DNA of 64,000 nucleotides, from NCBI GenBank assembly GCA_036850965.1, contig JAZGQO010000011.1:61751281-61815280 (forward strand). The letters are read 5' to 3'. This DNA comes from Patella caerulea (Eukaryota). The notes under the pieces are model-generated. The model was not told where the DNA came from. It saw only the letters and a list, made by a program, of their open reading frames with translations, and did not search any database. Positions 58,726-64,000 of the stretch are shown here, one piece after another. The position numbers and the translations under genes were made by a program. The first letter of the stretch is position 1. Each line of letters opens with the position of its first letter.

Positions 58726-58885
58726 ATGGCTTCCAGGCTTCAATTTTTAGGCTTGCCTCCAGAACTTTTAATGAAAATAGTAAGTTACCTGCCGGCTAGA
58801 GATGTTTCCAGTGTTTGCCAATCGTGTAAAAAACTTCTTCAACTAGCAGATCAAGAATTAGTGTGGCAAAATTTAATCAAAGCAG
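58726..58885 (+). CDS. FBXO31: F-box protein (FBXO31-like) exon 1 with start codon and F-box domain
   Basis: Kozak aaacATGG. MASRLQFLGLPPELLMKIVSYLPARDVSSVCQSCKKLLQLADQELVWQNLIKA. The LPPELLxxIxxxLPxxDxxSxxQxCKKL pattern is a canonical F-box and resembles human FBXO31 [42 protein letters not shown] as I recall it. Donor CAG|GTAAAA, phase 1. Confidence 0.75.
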
Positions 58886-60237
58886 GTAAAATGATTGACT
58901 ATCAACTTCGACTGAGTGATTCAATATTAATATTGGATGTTACATAAACATTACTGATTGATTAGCATTTTTTTTGACATTTTGTACATTTCTGTTTCAC
59001 TGTAAGCCTATTGCTTGTCAAAATATTGTGCCAAATATTCCTATCAAGTTATTTAAATCTGTCCACCACTCATATAAACCATACCAGCAGGGGTGCACAA
59101 TTTCACTTTTGAACCACTAGCCCATGGACAGGTGTCATGACAAAATTTGCTAGCCCTACAGAAAAATATACCTGCCCAAAATATAAAAATATGGTCCTTT
59201 TGTTTTTAATTTATTTTAATGACTAAACATAAAAATAATAACAAAGTAAACAAATATTTAAGCATCGAAATGTTCCAATATTGTGTCAACCATTACATAT
59301 ATCATCAATAATGTATTGGACGTTAATACTAATATAATAGACAACAAGAACCATAAATGGAGGAATACAAAGATTTGTGTTGTCTATCGGCCATTTTTAT
59401 AGCTACAGGTTGGATATTGGAAGATATTCATTTACCCATACAAGAATACTTAATTAAACCACACAACATCAGTCCAGTTCTGTTTCAAAAAAATACCTAT
59501 GTTTTTCGGATCATGCGATTTACGGACCACCGATACCTCCCCGTACACTTAACATTATTCATATTTCTGCCTATATAATGAAATATATTTTAATCAGAAA
59601 ATCAACGATTCCTTTGAAAAATCAAGAAGAAACAGGGACAATTCTAACAACACTGACAACAGTACAACCTTTCGTGTGGAAAAGTCATGTGATGTGAAAA
59701 CGCTATATCACGGCGTTTGCAATCTTCGTGAAATGAATTCTTGGAAATTTATAACAGTATCTATTGCGGTAAATGACAATAAAAGGAAGACATATTTTAA
59801 CAAAATAGAGAGAGAAAAAATTCATAATCATTTCGGTATGGAATGCTGTCATTCGACAATACTCGTTTATTTTTAGAAGAGTTATTTTTAGTAACGGAAG
59901 CACTATCGGTGCCCAGTAATTTAGTTGTGACTGAAGCTGGCCTATTCTGCTATTCAACTATTAAAAACGTATTACGCGGACTGGAACTAATATGCTTTAA
60001 ATACATTGTAATCATAAAGTAAGAATTTCTGTCAGAGAAAATCGGCCTGTCCGCGGGCGGACGGAATACGTAATATCAGCTGTCCAACAAAATGATTTAC
60101 CTGTCCCGGGCGTCGGGGGATGGTAATTGTGCACCCCTGCATACCAGGCATCATGATCATGAACTAAGCATCCAGGTGACGGACCGTAGGGTAGGCATGT
60201 GAGGGTTATTAGTAAGCCCTGGTTACGTACCAGAGAT

Positions 60238-60470
60238 AGAAATGGGGTTCAACTCCACTCGACACAAACTAAGTCATTTTGGGACTAACAATGGTTTCAT
60301 TTTATTTCAATAATTTGCTTCGCGCGTAGGGGTCTTTAGGTTGAGATCGGCGGCCCTATCACCATGCCACATACGCTCACGCCAGGGCTCGAAACCACAG
60401 CCGCAAGACAGAGGTGACCGGCCAGCTAAGGGTCGAAGCGCGGCACTAGGCCATCCCCCCCCCCCCCCCT
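60238..60470 (-). mobile_element. SINE-A copy (internally deleted), minus orientation, in FBXO31-like intron 1
   Basis: agaaatggggttcaactccactcgacacaaactaagtcattttgggactaaca...ggtgaccggccagctaagggtcgaagcgcggcactaggccatcc(c)n. Confidence 0.7.
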
Positions 60471-60477
60471 ATGTACC

Positions 60478-60835
60478 AAGATAGAGAACAAGTGATGTAC
60501 CATAAGTGAGGGCGTAAGCTTCCGGGTTTCATACCGTTGTGATCGAGGATAAGTGACCTACCCTAAGAAGTGACGGCGTAAGCATCCGGTTTACATACCA
60601 TTGTGATAGATAGAGAAGAAATGACGTACAGTAAACATCTGGGTTACAGAAGGCAAGTAAAGGCATTTGAACCTGGGTTAGGTACCGTTGTGATAGAGGA
60701 TAAGTGACGTACCGTGACGGTGTAAGCATTCGGGTTGCACACCATTGTGGTAGATAGAGGAGAAGTGACGTACAGTACCGGTAAGCATCCGGATTACAGA
60801 CTGTTGTGATAGATAGAATAGAAGAGAAGTCGACT
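60478..60835. repeat. About 58-bp minisatellite (about 6 copies) in FBXO31-like intron 1
   Basis: Units of the form gtaagcatccgggttacataccattgtgatagatagagaagaaatgacgtacag. It underlies a spurious 171-aa minus-strand ORF. Confidence 0.8.
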
Positions 60836-61368
60836 CGGAGTTGCCAAACAATGACAGCTTCATGCAGTAATAACAGAACTACTGATTTAAAGTTTAAAGC
60901 ACACTCTTTTACGTCCACAGCAAAACGGTAACATAGATTTGATTGGAAATAGTCTCCTGCATATCCTGAGGACTGATGGGCATCTGTATCGAAATCACAA
61001 CAGGTTGCTGTAGGATATAAATAGGATGTAATCTTAGTTGACATCGCAGTGGGTCTAGGACAGGATCTGGAGAAACAATTAATCAGAAGTCAGGGCTGGT
61101 TCTTCAGTTTAGTTTAATGTATTCACATCAGTCTTTATAAAGCTCCAGTCCAAATCCCTTTTTTGATAGAAATTCTGTGGACATCAGATGCAAAGCTATT
61201 AATAATTAATTTCAGTCAATTTTATGGTTTTAGGTCTATTTTAGAGTTTTTTCTAATTTAAAGATGATTTTGTTCAGAAGTTTAACTTTAGTGAATTGTG
61301 TATTTCAGAGTTTAACTTAAGCTAATGTTGTATTTCAAAGCTTAACTTAAGTTAATTTTGTATTTCAG

Positions 61369-61431
61369 AGTTCAACATCAGAAATCAACTAAGTAATTAT
61401 CGTGGTTCATTTAAAGATGTCTATACAAAAA
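61369..61431 (+). CDS. FBXO31: FBXO31-like exon 2
   Basis: tatttcAG|AG ... AAAA|GTAAGT. EFNIRNQLSNYRGSFKDVYTK matches human [21 protein letters not shown]. The acceptor is the last of three tandem copies of a roughly 31-bp unit, each ending in tatttcA(A/G)AG. Confidence 0.6.
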
Positions 61432-62042
61432 GTAAGTTGACTGATGGAGGTAGAATGATTTACATATGTACATGTATACACACAGGTCTATATTTCATGA
61501 TTAATCAAAAGGGAATTTTGTCCCTGTATTCATATATAGGAGACCAACACTGGGTCTACTTGTAAATGCAAGTTATGTGTTTCATCCCACAATCGCAAAA
61601 TTTTACTTGGTGACGAAAACAGGCAATAACGTGGAGTCCAAGCATATTGGGCCCCAAACTTTGTGCAGTTAGTAACTATTAATTGCTTGTAACTTCTGTG
61701 CTAATTAATATCTCTACGATTTCTAGAGCCCAGTAATCGGGGATGGAGAACGTGGCAAGGTAAAGCACCCTGTCGTTCGGATTGAACAAAAAACTAAAAC
61801 TCGATGTATTGGCAGACAGTTTGAAATCAAATACATGTAAGTCAGAGTAAGCCACTGTCAAGGTACATTTTCACTCAACATACTGCATGATGTATGTCGG
61901 TCTTTATTATAATTAATCAGCTTGGGGGAAGAAAAGTAGAATATTAAAAAACACTGTTTCATTTCACTACACAAAATTAATAAATTATTAATTATATTTA
62001 TGTATGTATGTCTATATAAATGATCATTTCCCTGGTTTTCAG

Positions 62043-62119
62043 TTTTATATGAATATAAGAATATGTTGGGATTATGGCAGCCAGAAATGGGTTCTTATGG
62101 TGGTCTGTTACATATAAAG
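62043..62119 (+). CDS. FBXO31: FBXO31-like exon 3
   Basis: ttttcAG|TT ... AAG|GTATGA. ILYEYKNMLGLWQPEMGSYGGLLHIK matches human [26 protein letters not shown]. Confidence 0.75.
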
Positions 62120-62897
62120 GTATGATTTTACAATATGTCATCTAGAGTGGAGTATACCTAGATAATGTTTAAATTTTTTATTTCTGACCAGGCCCAGGTA
62201 GATGCATTTTCTTGTCTGAGATTCTCGGAAAATGCATTTCTACCGATCCTGAAATTTTTTTTGGGGGGGGGGGGTGGCACATCAATAGCTGACACGGAAA
62301 TCCATCGGAAATCATGATGATCTATACGCCCCTTCAAAATTTTCTAGTGGAAACCCTGGTGGTTGTACTGTAATGACCTGTGCCACACACAAAACATAAT
62401 GCTCTTGTAAATAATAATAAATCAGTTTTTGTGTATCCATAAAAATGCTCAAGGCACTTGATGGAGATGGTACATGTATATATCAATGTCACAATGTTCA
62501 GTTGTTGTAGGAGTTGAAAAGAAATGTTTTCAGTTTTGACTTGAAGGTTTTGAGATTATCACACCACCTTATATCAATATCTATTGCATTCTTTGTGATT
62601 TTGATTTATTGTCAGGTCCGGAAATTACAGTTCAAATTATACCTGTCAAAATGTCAGGCACAATGAGCTGACACCGGGTATTTTGAACCTACCGGTATTC
62701 ATTGTAATAAGAGTAAAATGACAGAAAATAATAAAATGTAAATATTTTTAAGACAAATTGATAGAGCAGAGAGATGCCTTACAAAGAATGGATTTGTACC
62801 TGGTTGAATTCCACTCCTCATTTGACGTGGAAAATGAAAATGTTTAAGGTATTTTGGTTTTCATATTGGACAATAAATATATATTTTATTATTTAAG

Positions 62898-63071
62898 TTA
62901 AGAGAAGGAAAGTTGATAGGTGAAGAATGTTTCGCACCAATAGATCCTGACGTTTACCAGAATTTACGAATCAAAAGATTGTTTTCCATCCAGCTATCGG
63001 GTGATTTATCGAGGGTTGATGTTTTGTGTTATCGTGGTTTCGCTGGTCCACATCCTAGTCACATAGAATAT
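62898..63071 (+). CDS. FBXO31: FBXO31-like exon 4
   Basis: atttaAG|TTA ... TAT|[64 protein letters not shown] matches human [58 protein letters not shown]. Confidence 0.75.
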
Positions 63072-63111
63072 GTAAGTTTGAAATATCTCTGGTTTTTCTT
63101 TTGCTAGATTA

Positions 63112-63408
63112 AGGGGGTTGAGTAGTTAACACGTGCGCATTGCGACATAAGGTCTGTCATTGCGTCAATTGGTGTGGTTTTGAATCCACGGCTGTACGTG
63201 ACAGGGAGTAGGGTCGCGAGTCCAACCTCTTGGGTTTTCTCCAGGTTCTCCGGTTTCCTCCCATTGCTAAAGACCCCTACTCGCAAACGAATTACTGAAA
63301 TAAAATTGTACCATGTTGAATTATTGAAATAAAATTAAGCTATATGTTAGTTCTGAAATGACCTAGTTTATGTCAAGTGGACGTCAAACCCCATTTTTCT
63401 CTCTCTCC
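63112..63408 (+). mobile_element. SINE-A copy with duplicated tail segment, in FBXO31-like intron 4
   Basis: aagggggttgagtagttaacacgtgcgcattgcgacataaggtctgtcattgcgtcaattgg...attactgaaataaaattgtaccatgttgaattattgaaataaaattaagctatatgttag... Confidence 0.7.
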
Positions 63409-63553
63409 CTGATAATTTAAAAGATATATAGTTTTATTCAAAATCTACCTTTGATAATGTAAAGATATATTATTTTATTTTTAATGATGTGTATTTTCGA
63501 TATTAAATATATATTATAGATAATTGTAAAATACTTATTTTATATTTTATTAG

Positions 63554-63625
63554 ACAGAGTCTGGCAATGTTAAGTTTCGTTGTTCAGATTCAGATAGTCA
63601 CAAACATCCAGAGGGCAAACAAAGT
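63554..63625 (+). CDS. FBXO31: FBXO31-like exon 5 (gene continues past window end)
   Basis: tattAG|ACA ... AGT|GTAAGT. TESGNVKFRCSDSDSHKHPEGKQS is similar to human [24 protein letters not shown]. An alternative donor lies 2 nt upstream. Confidence 0.5.
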
Positions 63626-64000
63626 GTAAGTTACAACAAATATTACTTTTTACTCTACTTTTTTCAAACGATGTGTGGTTAATTAAGTACCTATGGTGCA
63701 TTATGGAGGAACTGCGAAGGAGCTGCATCTAGACTCTCAGGTGGGACGAGAGACCAAGGTCCTGTACATTTGAAAAAGGCTTGATCAGCAGTGAATATTC
63801 GCTAAGCGGCTACAATCACTGATAAGGATGCCATCGATGCGACTTAATGAGTTTCAAATTTTATTTTTTCCCTCCGACAAATTAAATTCTTAAATGTTTT
63901 TTTATGCATTCGAAAAATAAATAAAGACGTTTGAAGTATTTGTAGGTATGAATTATTTCCTATTTAGTGTAAAAGGCAGCATTCTTCCCGATTCAATAAC

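Noticed and set aside
60529-61044. 171-aa minus-strand ORF
   Set aside because: It overlaps the 58-bp minisatellite in FBXO31-like intron 1, and its repetitive peptide reflects the array. No homology.
1-64000. Possibility of a prokaryotic defence island or other novel prokaryotic system
   Set aside because: The sequence has dozens of GT-AG introns, SINEs with tRNA-like heads, MITEs, polyA signals and a 45-kb multi-exon TEP1 gene. It is a eukaryotic (metazoan) nuclear locus with no operon structure, no RBS-led ORF arrays and no CRISPR.

Overview
This window is eukaryotic, not prokaryotic: an AT-rich invertebrate-metazoan locus with spliceosomal GT-AG introns, packed with SINEs, MITEs and minisatellites (the repeat flavour suggests a mollusc-like lophotrochozoan, low confidence). 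One very large plus-strand gene dominates it: an ortholog of TEP1 (telomerase-associated protein 1 / vault protein), with the full TROVE - VWA-like - DUF4062 - NACHT - WD40 domain order. I modelled its CDS from ATG 9515 to TAA 54488 as about 53 exons (8052 nt, about 2683 aa; human TEP1 is about 2627 aa, recalled from memory), all with GT-AG boundaries and consistent phases. Its polyA signal is at 54713. Downstream at 58726, on the plus strand, an F-box gene starts; it is best matched to FBXO31 (first five exons, continues beyond the window). TEP1 introns and flanks carry at least three SINE families and three MITE families. One MITE is nested inside a SINE with 5-bp flank duplications. There is also a roughly 700-bp foldback inverted repeat, a SINE-derived 48-bp minisatellite and many other minisatellites. 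There is no prokaryotic defence system, CRISPR array or rRNA. The most biologically notable item is a STAND (NACHT-WD40) NTPase gene with RGG-box insertions. Its 5' end is ambiguous and may hide TEP1-type N-terminal repeat exons.
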